Positions 40,092 to 51,760 of a stretch of 64,000 bases of DNA are shown piece after piece. Under the pieces are notes generated by a model. That model was not told the DNA's origin. It was given only the letters and a program-made list of their open reading frames with translations, and ran no database searches. How positions within the stretch are numbered: the first letter of the stretch is position 1; every line of letters begins with the position of its first letter. The DNA is from Patescibacteria group bacterium (GTDB taxonomy: Bacteria; Patescibacteriota; Patescibacteriia; UBA9570), in assembly GCA_041665365.1 (NCBI GenBank), contig JBAYIY010000002.1, positions 66,178 to 130,177 of the forward strand, given 5' to 3'. Position numbers and translations under genes: made by a program.

Positions 40092-41277
40092 TTAAATGAT
40101 CTTATATTTCTTACCTAATTTGGTAAAAGCAGCCACGAGTGTATCAATTTGCTCAGTGGTGTGCAAGGCTGAAATTTGCACACGGATTCTGGCCTTGCCC
40201 ATGGGTACTACTGGATAACTAAAACCAACGACATAGATACCTTCCGCTAACATGTCTTTCGCCATATCACCGGCCGCTTTACCATCACCTATCATCACTG
40301 GCACAATTGGATGTTCTGAAACAGGTACAGTAAAACCAGCTTGCTGCATTAAATTTCTAAAGTGCAGCGTATTTTTCCATAATGTCTCACGCAGTTCGGG
40401 ATGTTGATCGATATAATCCAACACAAACATGGTCACAGTGGCAATCATCGGTGATAGTGAATTAGTAAACAAAGTAGTGCGTGCGCGTTGGTGATATAAA
40501 TCAATCATAGCTTTACTGCCAACCAAGGCGCCGCCATTAGACCCACCTAGAGCCTTACCAAACGTGGTGGTGATCAAATCGACTCTATCCAGCACACCGG
40601 CTTGTTCAATGCTGCCTCGGCCAGTTTGACCCATAAAACCTGAGGCATGGGAATCGTCTACTACTACATAAGCATCATACTTTTCAGCCAGATCGCAGAT
40701 ACCCTGCAGTGGCGCCACATCACCATCCATGCTGAACACACCATCGGTAACAACACAGCGCAATCTTTTACTCTGCGTATCTTTTAAATGTTGCTCAAGA
40801 TCAGCTAAATTCATGTGTTTAAAAATATGCCGCTCGGCTTTACACAGACGTATCCCATCAATCAAACTGGCATGATTCAATTCATCGGTAATCACGGCGT
40901 CCTGATCGGTCAATATAGTAGCAAACGCTGCTTCGTTGGCATCCCAACATGACGTAAAAGTGATCGCCGCTTCTTTATGAAACCACTGTGCCAGTTTGAC
41001 TTCTAGCTCTTGATGAATGGTCTGTGTACCGCAAATAAACCGCACACTGGATAGTCCAAAACCGTACTTTTCCAAAGCCTGTTTGCCCACTTCGACTAAC
41101 TCTTGCTTACCCGATAAACCTAAATAATTATTGGCACAAAAATTCAAATATTCTTTTCCGTCAACCACTACTTTTGTCCCCTGCCGTGAACTAATCACGC
41201 GTTGAGTTTTGGTTAAACCAGCCTGGTTTATTTCTGATAGAACTTGATTACAAACTTCGTTGAGACGTTGATTCATA
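40092..41277 (-). CDS. kbl: 2-amino-3-ketobutyrate CoA ligase (glycine C-acetyltransferase). ATG start taken at 41277; the track uses TTG at 41309.
   Basis: PLP-dependent alpha-oxoamine synthase fold (TFGKALGG with the PLP-binding Lys). It is paired with the upstream tdh. Confidence 0.8.
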
Positions 41278-41300
41278 TGGTTATTATAATAATCTTTCTT

Positions 41301-41382
41301 TACCCCCAACCCCCTTGCAGGGGGCTAAGAGAAGATTTTTTTTATTCTATCTTTTCCCCCTGCAAGGGGGACTAAGGGGGTA
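41301..41382. promoter_or_regulatory. G/C-rich tandem hairpin element in the tdh-kbl intergenic region
   Basis: TACCCCC...[CCCCCTTGCAGGGGG]CTAAG...T8...[CCCCCTGCAAGGGGG]ACTAA GGGGGTA. There are two 5-bp G/C hairpins, each followed by CTAAG, enclosed by the outer pair TACCCCC/GGGGGTA. Confidence 0.4.
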
Positions 41383-41414
41383 AATATTAGTTGGTAGATA
41401 AGATACGGTTCGTG

Positions 41415-42548
41415 TCAATTTTGCACATCAAAAATTAATTTTGGATAATCGCGCATGCGTTGTTCCATGAGTTCGGGTGTATATTCAGAAAATTTAATGA
41501 CCGTATCTTTACCACCATTGAGAATTATATTCCAAATTTTATCTTGGACACCGTTAGACTTGTCAGATAACACACTATCAATCGTTTGCCAGGTTTTGAA
41601 AATCTGTCGACCAATCACACAATGCAACGTTAAACCCTTCATGATCATGCCGGAAAATTTGTTGATCGTAAAATCGCCGTCTTTGATACCGAATAAAATC
41701 ACCTCTCCGCCAAACCGGGTAGTGGCGATGCAATTATTCACCGATGAGTTAAAACCAGCCATTTCCATAGTGATATCAGCCCCTCGACCAGCGGTGAGTT
41801 TCAACACCTCAGCACAAGCCTGACTATCCCCTTTTGGCTGAATTAACACTGTCTGGTGAGCGCCTAATTGTTTAGCAATATCCAGATTATGTTGGTTGGT
41901 ATCAACTCCAATTACTTGGCTAGCTCCAAACTGACGCGCCAATAAAATGGCAAACATACCAATTTGCCCACAGCCATAAATGACCACCTGTTTACCGCGC
42001 ACATCTACCTTACTTAAACTGTGTACGGCATTACCAAATGGATCACAAATCGCAGCAATTTCCGGACGTAATTTTGTCAGATCAATCGGCCACAGATTTT
42101 TGGCAGGTAAGTTTACTTGTTCGGCAAAAATACCATCGGTGCTGATACCTAAAATGGCTTGATCCTGACATACTTCCGCTTCACCTAACTTGCACTGATA
42201 ACAGTTTCCACAGGTAACATGTGAATCACCTGACACTGTATCTCCAACCTTAATACCATATAATTTTTCTACTTGCTCGCCCGCTGCTGTGACCTCACCG
42301 ACAAACTCGTGTCCTAAAATACGCAACGTTTTATGCTGTTTGTCTAGTGAATTGGCAAATACTTCAGAAAAAGCGACGCGATTCCAAATGCCACGATCTG
42401 ACCCACAGACACCGGCATATTTAACTTTTACCAGCACATGGGTAGCTTCGGTTAATGTCGGCACCGCAATTGGCCGTTTGATGAAGCCTTTTGATGTACT
42501 CCAACCGTCTTGTTTAAGATCTAATGTGAGAGCTTGAATATTAGTCAT
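41415..42548 (-). CDS. tdh: L-threonine 3-dehydrogenase (Zn-dependent MDR family)
   Basis: GHEFVGEV, GDSHVTCGNCYQCKLG and the Rossmann motif GCGQIG. It is in an operon-like pair with kbl. Confidence 0.8.
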   Translation of the reverse strand: MTNIQALTLDLKQDGWSTSKGFIKRPIAVPTLTEATHVLVKVKYAGVCGSDRGIWNRVAFSEVFANSLDKQHKTLRILGHEFVGEVTAAGEQVEKLYGIKVGDTVSGDSHVTCGNCYQCKLGEAEVCQDQAILGISTDGIFAEQVNLPAKNLWPIDLTKLRPEIAAICDPFGNAVHSLSKVDVRGKQVVIYGCGQIGMFAILLARQFGASQVIGVDTNQHNLDIAKQLGAHQTVLIQPKGDSQACAEVLKLTAGRGADITMEMAGFNSSVNNCIATTRFGGEVILFGIKDGDFTINKFSGMIMKGLTLHCVIGRQIFKTWQTIDSVLSDKSNGVQDKIWNIILNGGKDTVIKFSEYTPELMEQRMRDYPKLIFDVQN

Positions 42549-43623
42549 GCACCAGAGTATACAACAACTCTACATTTTTCGCGAGATCAGATATTTTGAT
42601 ATATTCATCTACGGTATGTAAATTACAGCCGCCTGTACCAATATTTACAGCTTTAATCCCATGTTTAATAAACGTATTGGCATCCGTTGAACCAACACAA
42701 GCCACTAAATTTGGTACAATATTCAAATCGGTCATGACACTCATGACATGTTTGAGTAATAGATCAGATTTTTTTAACTTATACCCATCCACCGCCACAT
42801 TACTGCATAATTCCAGTAATCCACCATATGTTTCACAAGCATCTTGCAAGGTTTTACTCATGTGCTCAATTTGATCTTCTATTTTCCGTTTGGAAAAACT
42901 GCGCGCCTCACCATGCAGAAAAACTTCAGCTGGAATAGAATTACGAATACTACCACCAGTAATGATACCAATATTAGCTGTAGTTGTTTGATCAATTCGT
43001 CCTAGTTTCATATGGTGAATGGCTGTAGCCGCAATTTTAATCGCACTGATGCCCTTTTCCGGATCAACCCCTGAATGAGCCGCTTTACCACGAATGTTGA
43101 CCCGAATATCGGCTAAATATGCCGAATGGTAATCTAGCTCACCAACGCCGCCTCCATCTATCACATAAGCGACCGGTGCATGAATCTGACTAAAATCCAA
43201 CGCCGCCGCTCCTTCAGAAAAAGTTTCTTCACTGGTGGTAAAAATAATCTCCAAGGGTGGATGTTTTACACCACGTTCTTTTAAAAGCGTGATGGCTTCA
43301 ATAATTTCAGCAATCCCCGCTTTATCATCAGCGCCCAATACGGAGGTACCATCGGTTTGAATCACATCACCCCGCACGACCGGCCGGATGCGCTGGCATG
43401 GCTGAACAGTATCCATATGCGCATTTAACAACAACGGCACCCCTTTACCCGGCAGATATCCAATTAGGTTTCCGGCTTTATCCACTTTGGTTTTTACACC
43501 CAGGGCGGTTAAATCTTTTTTGATCACCCGACTCAAAGCCGCCTCGTGGTGTGATGGGCTAGATATTTTGACATATTTTAAAAATGTTTTTACGAGACGG
43601 GTCATGTTGGTATGATAACACAA
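42541..43623 (-). CDS. Peptidase M20 family, peptidase T-like (tripeptidase)
   Basis: LNAHMDTV and the metal-ligand pattern of M20/PepT. The start may be MTRLVKT at 43605. Confidence 0.7.
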   Translation of the reverse strand: MCYHTNMTRLVKTFLKYVKISSPSHHEAALSRVIKKDLTALGVKTKVDKAGNLIGYLPGKGVPLLLNAHMDTVQPCQRIRPVVRGDVIQTDGTSVLGADDKAGIAEIIEAITLLKERGVKHPPLEIIFTTSEETFSEGAAALDFSQIHAPVAYVIDGGGVGELDYHSAYLADIRVNIRGKAAHSGVDPEKGISAIKIAATAIHHMKLGRIDQTTTANIGIITGGSIRNSIPAEVFLHGEARSFSKRKIEDQIEHMSKTLQDACETYGGLLELCSNVAVDGYKLKKSDLLLKHVMSVMTDLNIVPNLVACVGSTDANTFIKHGIKAVNIGTGGCNLHTVDEYIKISDLAKNVELLYTLVHD

Positions 43624-43658
43624 AATTTATATTGATGATTTTATTGTTTAATAATTTC

Positions 43659-43683
43659 AAAAAAAATAACCCCTCTCATGGGG
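43659..43683 (-). terminator. Rho-independent terminator for the high-GC minus-strand cassette
   Basis: Minus strand CCCCATGAGAGGGG followed by TTATTTTTTTTG. It is preceded by an 8-bp-stem hairpin at 43692-43730. Confidence 0.5.
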
Positions 43684-43737
43684 TAGGTTGGCCAGGGAGG
43701 AGTGCGTCGTGCTGCACTTCAACTCCCTGGCTTGGGA

Positions 43738-44052
43738 TCAGCAACCCATGCTGGGCTGCTGACTTCCCCGCTTCGGCGGTGGCGGGGGTGGCGACCCGAT
43801 GTCGAAATCATCGACCTCGGCGTCGTCGTATCCATCAGTGTCGTCATCGACGGGGTTGCCGTCGATGTCGGTGTCGTCATCACCGTCCATTGGATGGGAC
43901 GGTCGACGCGGCGGAGCAGTGAACTCCACCGCATCATCGTCCACCCGTGGGGGCGGCAGCCGGGGAGGCGACTCCTCCGGCTTTTTCGGTTCTGTTTTTT
44001 TGGGAGCTTCGGGGAGAACGTCCCCGATCTCCCACGAGCCGTTGTAGCACAT
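43738..44052 (-). CDS. Small acidic Pro/Asp-rich protein of unknown function, in the high-GC islet
   Basis: 104 aa: ...PPRVDDDAVEFTAPPRRPSHPMDGDDDTDIDGNPVDDDTDGYDDAEVDDFDIGSPPPPPPKRG. Codons are GC3-rich. Its ATG is 3 nt after the upstream ORF stop. Confidence 0.45.
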   Translation of the reverse strand: MCYNGSWEIGDVLPEAPKKTEPKKPEESPPRLPPPRVDDDAVEFTAPPRRPSHPMDGDDDTDIDGNPVDDDTDGYDDAEVDDFDIGSPPPPPPKRGSQQPSMGC

Positions 44053-44055
44053 CGG

Positions 44056-44232
44056 TCACCTCTCCTTTTCTTCGAATTTTTCGTTCATCTTCCGGAACGT
44101 TTCGGCATGTACCGGGTGATAGCCCGACACGTACTGACCGTTCGCGGTTTTGAAGTAGAAGGGCACGTTCGTACCCTTTTCACACAGGGCCGTAACCCCG
44201 TTTTTGGTTACTTGTTCCAACATTTCGTCCAC
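44056..44232 (-). CDS. Small ORF (55-58 aa) of unknown function in the high-GC islet; below the 60-aa track threshold
   Basis: (V)DEMLEQVTKNGVTALCEKGTNVPFYFKTANGQYVSGYHPVHAETFRKMNEKFEEKER. GGAGA lies 9 nt before the GTG at 44232; there is an ATG at 44223. Confidence 0.4.
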   Translation of the reverse strand: MDEMLEQVTKNGVTALCEKGTNVPFYFKTANGQYVSGYHPVHAETFRKMNEKFEEKER

Positions 44233-44379
44233 GATGTTGTCTCCAGAACACAGGAATCTGAATGACCCCTCTCCTTGATGTCACAAATCTTGTGGTAGCA
44301 AGGAAAAAAGTCAGTAGAAATGGTTGGTCGGCGGAGCGTATCACGTGCTCAACACCGACCAGTTTTTTTTGGGGGCGAC

Positions 44380-44553
44380 TCAGTCACCCCCGTAACCCGT
44401 GCCGATCCAGCGCGGATCGGTGTCGACCGGCTCGGTGGCCGGTTTCGGCGGGGAACGACGACGCTGCGGCGGCTGGGGTGGCGGGTTCCACCCTCCGTCG
44501 TGAGAATTATCAGGGATCGGGCGACGACGAGGTTCACGTTCTTCGGTCGGCAT
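44380..44553 (-). CDS. Small Pro/Arg-rich ORF (57 aa) in the high-GC islet; below the track threshold
   Basis: MPTEEREPRRRPIPDNSHDGGWNPPPQPPQRRRSPPKPATEPVDTDPRWIGTGYGGD. A GGAGAG ribosome-binding site lies just upstream. Codons are GC3-rich. Confidence 0.4.
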   Translation of the reverse strand: MPTEEREPRRRPIPDNSHDGGWNPPPQPPQRRRSPPKPATEPVDTDPRWIGTGYGGD

Positions 44554-44599
44554 GGTCTCTCCTGGGACACAGAGATCTCCATGATCTCTTTCCCTGACA

Positions 44600-45235
44600 A
44601 CACAACAAAATTATTGATTGGTGTGTTTTCAGTGAAAGAGGTTGGATGAGAGTTTTTTAAAGAAACCCTCTAAAACTTTGCCCCTTTTGGGGGCGCTCTC
44701 GCGTCACGGGACACCTCCTGGGATCAGATGATCCCGGTTGTCCAAACCGCAGGCTAGCGGCAGGAGCTGGCTACTGACTTTTATTCACATCTCCGGTTAC
44801 ACCTCCCTAGCCCTCCTATTGTAGGAGGGAATAAGAACAACCTATCTTACTCCCTTCCTAGAATAGGAAGGGTTGGGGAAGGTGTACACAGAAATGATTT
44901 AAGTTCAGCACTCAGCTCCCGGCTAATACAGCGGCCGGAACATATCTACGTTATCCTTTACTGATTGTCAATGAACCATTGAAATATCTACTAAAAATCC
45001 CGCTGGGTAAGCGGGTTAGACATTTCTGGATTCAACCTAGATTTCCTCTGCATCTAGTTGTATGTCTGTACCCGCTGACTTGGTGTAATAGTAGAACGAC
45101 GCACAATGAGTGTGAGAGATTTTACTGTTAATTTCCAAGTTTGCGTGTACAGCATACTTGGCGACCAGACTACACAATGATTAAAATTTTGTAAAGTATT
45201 ATTGTACGTAGTTATCCACAGACGGTGAAATTAAA
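44600..45235. other. About 640 bp of non-coding sequence of intermediate GC content, with several stable hairpins. It may be a structured RNA or the leader of the high-GC cassette.
   Basis: No ORF of 60 aa or more. Hairpins include CCCTCCTAttgTAGGAGGG, CCCTTCCTAgaaTAGGAAGGG (both enclosed by ACACCTCC/GGAAGGTGT), GGGATCAGATGATCCCGG and CCCGCTGGGTAAGCGGG. Confidence 0.35.
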
Positions 45236-45278
45236 CCGGTAGAGACGTGCCGGCGGCACGTCTCTACCGGTTTAATTT
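45228..45278. repeat. Palindromic element P3 (GTAGAGACGT family), overlapping the trpG-like stop. It is terminator-like.
   Basis: AAATTAAACCGGTAGAGACGTGCCGGCGGCACGTCTCTACCGGTTTAATTT followed by TTTTTT. It is the reverse-orientation twin of P1. Confidence 0.8.
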
Positions 45279-45844
45279 TTTTGTTCAAGAACATTACGTA
45301 TCATTTTTAGACCGTAATGCGGGTTAGTTAATATAGATTCAGGATGAAACTGTACACCTGTGATGGATAAACTTTTATGGCTAATACCCATCACAATATT
45401 ATCTTTAGTTTTAGCGGTGACAACAAAACAATCTGGTACATAATCAGCGGCTAAAGAATGATAGCGACCGACCAATAATGTTTTTGGTAAACCCTGAAAT
45501 ATACCTGAACCATCATGGGTAATAACAGAACCTCGCCCATGCACTGGCTTGGGTAACACTTGTAAGCTGCCACCAAAAGCTTCAAGCATGGCTTGCATGC
45601 CTAAACACACACCAAATTGCGGAATGACTCCGGAAAACTTTTTTATGTAAGTTAGTAGCTTCCCCGCTTGAGCTGGGTTACCCGGGCCAGGTGAATAGAC
45701 TAATAAATCTGGTTTTAGTTTTTTAATAACACTGACCGGAGTAGTATTATTTTTCACAATCACTTTTGCTCGACATTGGCGCAAATAGGCTACCAAGTTA
45801 TACGTAAAAGAATCGTGATTATCAATCAACCCGATGGTTTTCAT
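45272..45844 (-). CDS. Glutamine amidotransferase class I (anthranilate / aminodeoxychorismate synthase component II-like)
   Basis: GVCLGMQAM (catalytic Cys) plus the His/Glu region (QFHPES). Confidence 0.75.
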   Translation of the reverse strand: MKTIGLIDNHDSFTYNLVAYLRQCRAKVIVKNNTTPVSVIKKLKPDLLVYSPGPGNPAQAGKLLTYIKKFSGVIPQFGVCLGMQAMLEAFGGSLQVLPKPVHGRGSVITHDGSGIFQGLPKTLLVGRYHSLAADYVPDCFVVTAKTKDNIVMGISHKSLSITGVQFHPESILTNPHYGLKMIRNVLEQKN

Positions 45845-45864
45845 AAATATTCCAATATACTAGA

Positions 45865-46329
45865 TTATCGCTCGTCGCCGCCGTAGATCCAGTTGTAATC
45901 CATTTTTTCGTAGGCGAACAACTCGGTATCACTAAAGAAACGGCTCACTTCAGCCTTGGCTGATTCAGCTGAATCCGACGCATGGATAATATTATATTGC
46001 ACACTCATGGCAAAATCACCGCGGATACTACCGGCATCGGCGGCACGACCTTTAGTAGGACCAACAATTAAACGAATGGCATCAATCGCTTCATACCCTT
46101 CTAACACCATCATTACCACTGGAGCCGATTGCATAAACCGTTTCAAATCAGCAAAAAAAGGCTTATCGGCATGATGTGAGTAATGCTCAACTATTTTGGT
46201 ATCATCAATACGTATCATTTTTAAACCAACTACCTTTAAACCTTTCCGTTCAAAACGATGGATAATTTCACCAAGCAAATTACGTTGCAAAGCATCTGGC
46301 TTTACAATAATGAGTGAGCGTTGATTCAT
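45865..46329 (-). CDS. ndk: Nucleoside diphosphate kinase
   Basis: LIIVKPDALQRNLLGEIIHRFERKGLKVVGLK with the NIIHASD active-site His. Confidence 0.9.
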   Translation of the reverse strand: MNQRSLIIVKPDALQRNLLGEIIHRFERKGLKVVGLKMIRIDDTKIVEHYSHHADKPFFADLKRFMQSAPVVMMVLEGYEAIDAIRLIVGPTKGRAADAGSIRGDFAMSVQYNIIHASDSAESAKAEVSRFFSDTELFAYEKMDYNWIYGGDER

Positions 46330-46694
46330 TTGTGCAAAAGAGATTTAACCTTATCCACCACTTCTTGCGGTGTATGATTGGCTTTAATAAAATAATCCAC
46401 CGCACCTAACTCACGACCTTTGCGCACATCCTCCTCTTGGCCCAAATTGGTGAGTAAAATTACTGGGATCTTGGCTGTGGTTGGATCCTTTTTAAGTTTT
46501 TTTAAAGCCACAAAACCATCCATTTTTGGCATGATAACATCCAACAGTATCACGTCTGGATGTTCACTGGTGGCTAACTGCATACCATCGGCACCATTAT
46601 AGGCCGACAATATTTCGAACCCTTGGGTTTTAAACTTCCGGGTATACATCCCATGAAGCATTTCGTCGTCTTCGACTAATAGTACTTTATACAT
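46326..46694 (-). CDS. Single-domain response regulator receiver (CheY-like)
   Basis: VLLVEDDEMLHGMY...ILLDVIMPKMDGF gives the D-D-K receiver pattern. There is no output domain and no kinase nearby. Confidence 0.8.
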   Translation of the reverse strand: MYKVLLVEDDEMLHGMYTRKFKTQGFEILSAYNGADGMQLATSEHPDVILLDVIMPKMDGFVALKKLKKDPTTAKIPVILLTNLGQEEDVRKGRELGAVDYFIKANHTPQEVVDKVKSLLHK

Positions 46695-46699
46695 ATCTT

Positions 46700-48109
46700 T
46701 CAGTATATCACCTGCTCTACCATTCGTCCAACCCGCAACAACTTACTTTCACTCCACTGTGGCCCAATAATCTGCACACCCACCGGTAAATTATCAACAC
46801 TTCCCGCTGGCACTACTAAAGCTGGTACCCCGGCTAAAGATGGTGGAATAGTATAAACATCTTCCAAATACATTTGTAAAGGATCTTGGCTGTTCGCACC
46901 AATCACAAAGGCCGTACCCGGACACGGTGGTGTCATTAACACATCTACCTTTTTAAACGCTTCTGTAAAATCTTGCCGCACCAAACTGCGCACTTTCATC
47001 GCTTTGAGATAATAGGCATCATAATAACCAGACGATAAGGCATAAGTACCTAACATGATGCGCCGTTTCGCCTCGGCGCCAAACCCCTCTCCCCGACTGT
47101 TCATATAAACACTTAGTAAATCGGTGGTGTTATTACTCCGAAAACCATATCTAATACCATCAAAGCGCGCTAAATTTGAACTAACTTCTGATGGCACTAA
47201 TATATAATAACTGGGCATGGCATAGGACGTATGTGGCATGTCTACCTCTATTACCTCAGCACCTTGTTTACTTAACTGATTCACTAAGTCATGCACTATT
47301 TTCTTCACGGCCGGATTTAAACCGTCAATTTCTAAATATTGTTTGGCTAGACCTATTTTTAGTTGGCTTATGGGTTGTTCAAGATTTTCAGTGTAATTAA
47401 CCACTAAGTTTTCTGGCACGTTACTATCATGTTGATCTGGCCCGGCGATGGTTTCCATAATCATGGCTAAATCCTCGACTGATTCAGTTAAAGGGCCAAC
47501 TGTATCAAATGATGACGCCATGGGAATAACTCCATAACGTGGTACCAAACCATACGTTGGGCGCATACCCACGACACCACAAAATGAAGCTGGCTGACGA
47601 ATTGAACCTCCTGTATCACTACCAAAAGCAAAAGGTGCTAATGAAGCCGCCACGGCCGCCGCCGAACCACCAGACGAACCACCAGCCACGCGAGTAATAT
47701 CAGCTGGATTTTTAGTTACCCCGAAACATGAGTTTTCAGTAGATGAACCCATGGCAAATTCATCGGCATTAGTTTTGCCCAACAACACTGCACCGGTTAA
47801 CCGATTTATAACTGTAGCAGTATAGGGTGGTTTGTAGCCACGTAAAATATTTGAACAAGCTGTGGTCTCAATATCTTTTACACAATAAATATCTTTGGCA
47901 GCATAAGGAATTCCGGTAAATAAAGATTGTTTACCGGCTTGAATAAGTTTATCGGCTGCAGTGGCTTGCTGTAAGGCTAGTTCTTCTGTTACTAAAACAT
48001 AAGCGTTCAACGCAGGATTTTTTTCTTTAATCTGTGTTAAATATTCGGTCGTTAACTTGGTGGCAGTAGTTTGACCACTATCTAATTGTTCACGCAGTTG
48101 TTTTAACAT
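46700..48109 (-). CDS. gatA: Glutamyl/aspartyl-tRNA amidotransferase subunit A
   Basis: Amidase signature (GGSSGGSAAAVAA) and the Ser-cisSer-Lys triad region. Confidence 0.9.
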   Translation of the reverse strand: MLKQLREQLDSGQTTATKLTTEYLTQIKEKNPALNAYVLVTEELALQQATAADKLIQAGKQSLFTGIPYAAKDIYCVKDIETTACSNILRGYKPPYTATVINRLTGAVLLGKTNADEFAMGSSTENSCFGVTKNPADITRVAGGSSGGSAAAVAASLAPFAFGSDTGGSIRQPASFCGVVGMRPTYGLVPRYGVIPMASSFDTVGPLTESVEDLAMIMETIAGPDQHDSNVPENLVVNYTENLEQPISQLKIGLAKQYLEIDGLNPAVKKIVHDLVNQLSKQGAEVIEVDMPHTSYAMPSYYILVPSEVSSNLARFDGIRYGFRSNNTTDLLSVYMNSRGEGFGAEAKRRIMLGTYALSSGYYDAYYLKAMKVRSLVRQDFTEAFKKVDVLMTPPCPGTAFVIGANSQDPLQMYLEDVYTIPPSLAGVPALVVPAGSVDNLPVGVQIIGPQWSESKLLRVGRMVEQVIY

Positions 48110-48389
48110 GGATACTTTTTACTTTAATGTGTCCCTCGGCTGTTTCAATGGCACTGGCTAACATCTGGTCACGGGTAAATTCATCGGTTATGTCATCTGG
48201 CCGAAGTCTATTCGATAAACCGGTGACACTGGCCGTTGGTACTACCCCAGTTGTGTCTAACTGATTGAGTTGATCAACATAATCTAAAATCCGCGATAGT
48301 TCTACCTGAAACTGTTTTACTTCAGTCTCAGTTAAAGAGATGCGCGCTAAATGGCTGATTCTGATTACTTCGTCATGAGATAAAGCCAT
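48090..48389 (-). CDS. gatC: Glutamyl/aspartyl-tRNA amidotransferase subunit C
   Basis: 99 aa with the GatC profile (ISHLARISLTETEV...); directly upstream of gatA. Confidence 0.8.
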   Translation of the reverse strand: MALSHDEVIRISHLARISLTETEVKQFQVELSRILDYVDQLNQLDTTGVVPTASVTGLSNRLRPDDITDEFTRDQMLASAIETAEGHIKVKSIHVKTTA

Positions 48390-48394
48390 GGCGA

Positions 48395-51181
<2,787 letters not shown>

Positions 51182-51192
<11 letters not shown>

Positions 51193-51760
51193 ACTGTCTG
51201 GTGGTTAAAAATGTCTGTAATTTATATATTTGGCTCGCATCTTTGACACTATGTCCGGTGATTAATATCATGACACTTGGCTGATAATTAATATTCAAGG
51301 TTGGATCAGTTGGATTAGTCTGGGGGTAAATATAGAAAGACAAAGCATCGATCACTACATCGTTATGCACGGAAGTTGTGATCGGTGTGTCTATATCAGT
51401 CGCCACATTTTTTCTGATCACCTGGCCACCCATTAAAAAATAGCGATATGTTACCACCCCACCGGTGTCTGACACAGCTAAGTACAGATCATTCACCGGA
51501 TTCACCAGTGGTATAATTGTATAACTAGAATAGGATATTTCAGCGCTAGTCATTTGACTGGCTAAAGTTTCTAGAAAAAAATTCATCTCTTCTTGCACAT
51601 GTTGAGTATCAATCCCAGTGAGTGGTTTACGTAATGCTAAAATAAATAAATTAACCGTGACAGCCATCACCGTAGCAAACAGCGCCGCCGCAACGAGTAA
51701 TTCAACCAAGGTAAACCCTTTACGATTGTGCATATTTCCAATCATATAACTGTTCTTCAA
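51182..51760 (-). CDS. Type IV minor pilin (prepilin-type N-terminal cleavage/methylation domain)
   Basis: KGFTLVELLVAAALFATV is the prepilin motif. Confidence 0.7.

Noticed and set aside
41307-41309. TTG start for kbl as given by the track (MGVKKDYYNNHM...)
   Set aside because: The in-frame ATG at 41277 (MNQRLNEV...) gives a typical Kbl length. The upstream extension would read through the G-rich hairpin element.
43584-44649. Multiple long overlapping ORFs on both strands of the high-GC islet (43584..43922 +, 43702..44265 +, 43799..44047 +, 44262..44597 +, 44320..44649 +)
   Set aside because: High-GC DNA lacks stop codons in most frames. The plus-strand products are low-complexity Arg/Cys/His strings. 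Minus-strand ORFs with ribosome-binding sites and a terminator are more credible, so the plus-strand ORFs are treated as artefacts.
44600-45235. tmRNA / RNase P RNA / SRP RNA / T-box identity for the structured non-coding region
   Set aside because: I checked for the T-arm/acceptor architecture, the P4 consensus (AGGAAAGTCCGGGC / ACAGAAnCCGGCTTA), the SRP domain IV motif and the T-box AGGGTGGNACCGCG. None matched convincingly, so I left it unassigned.
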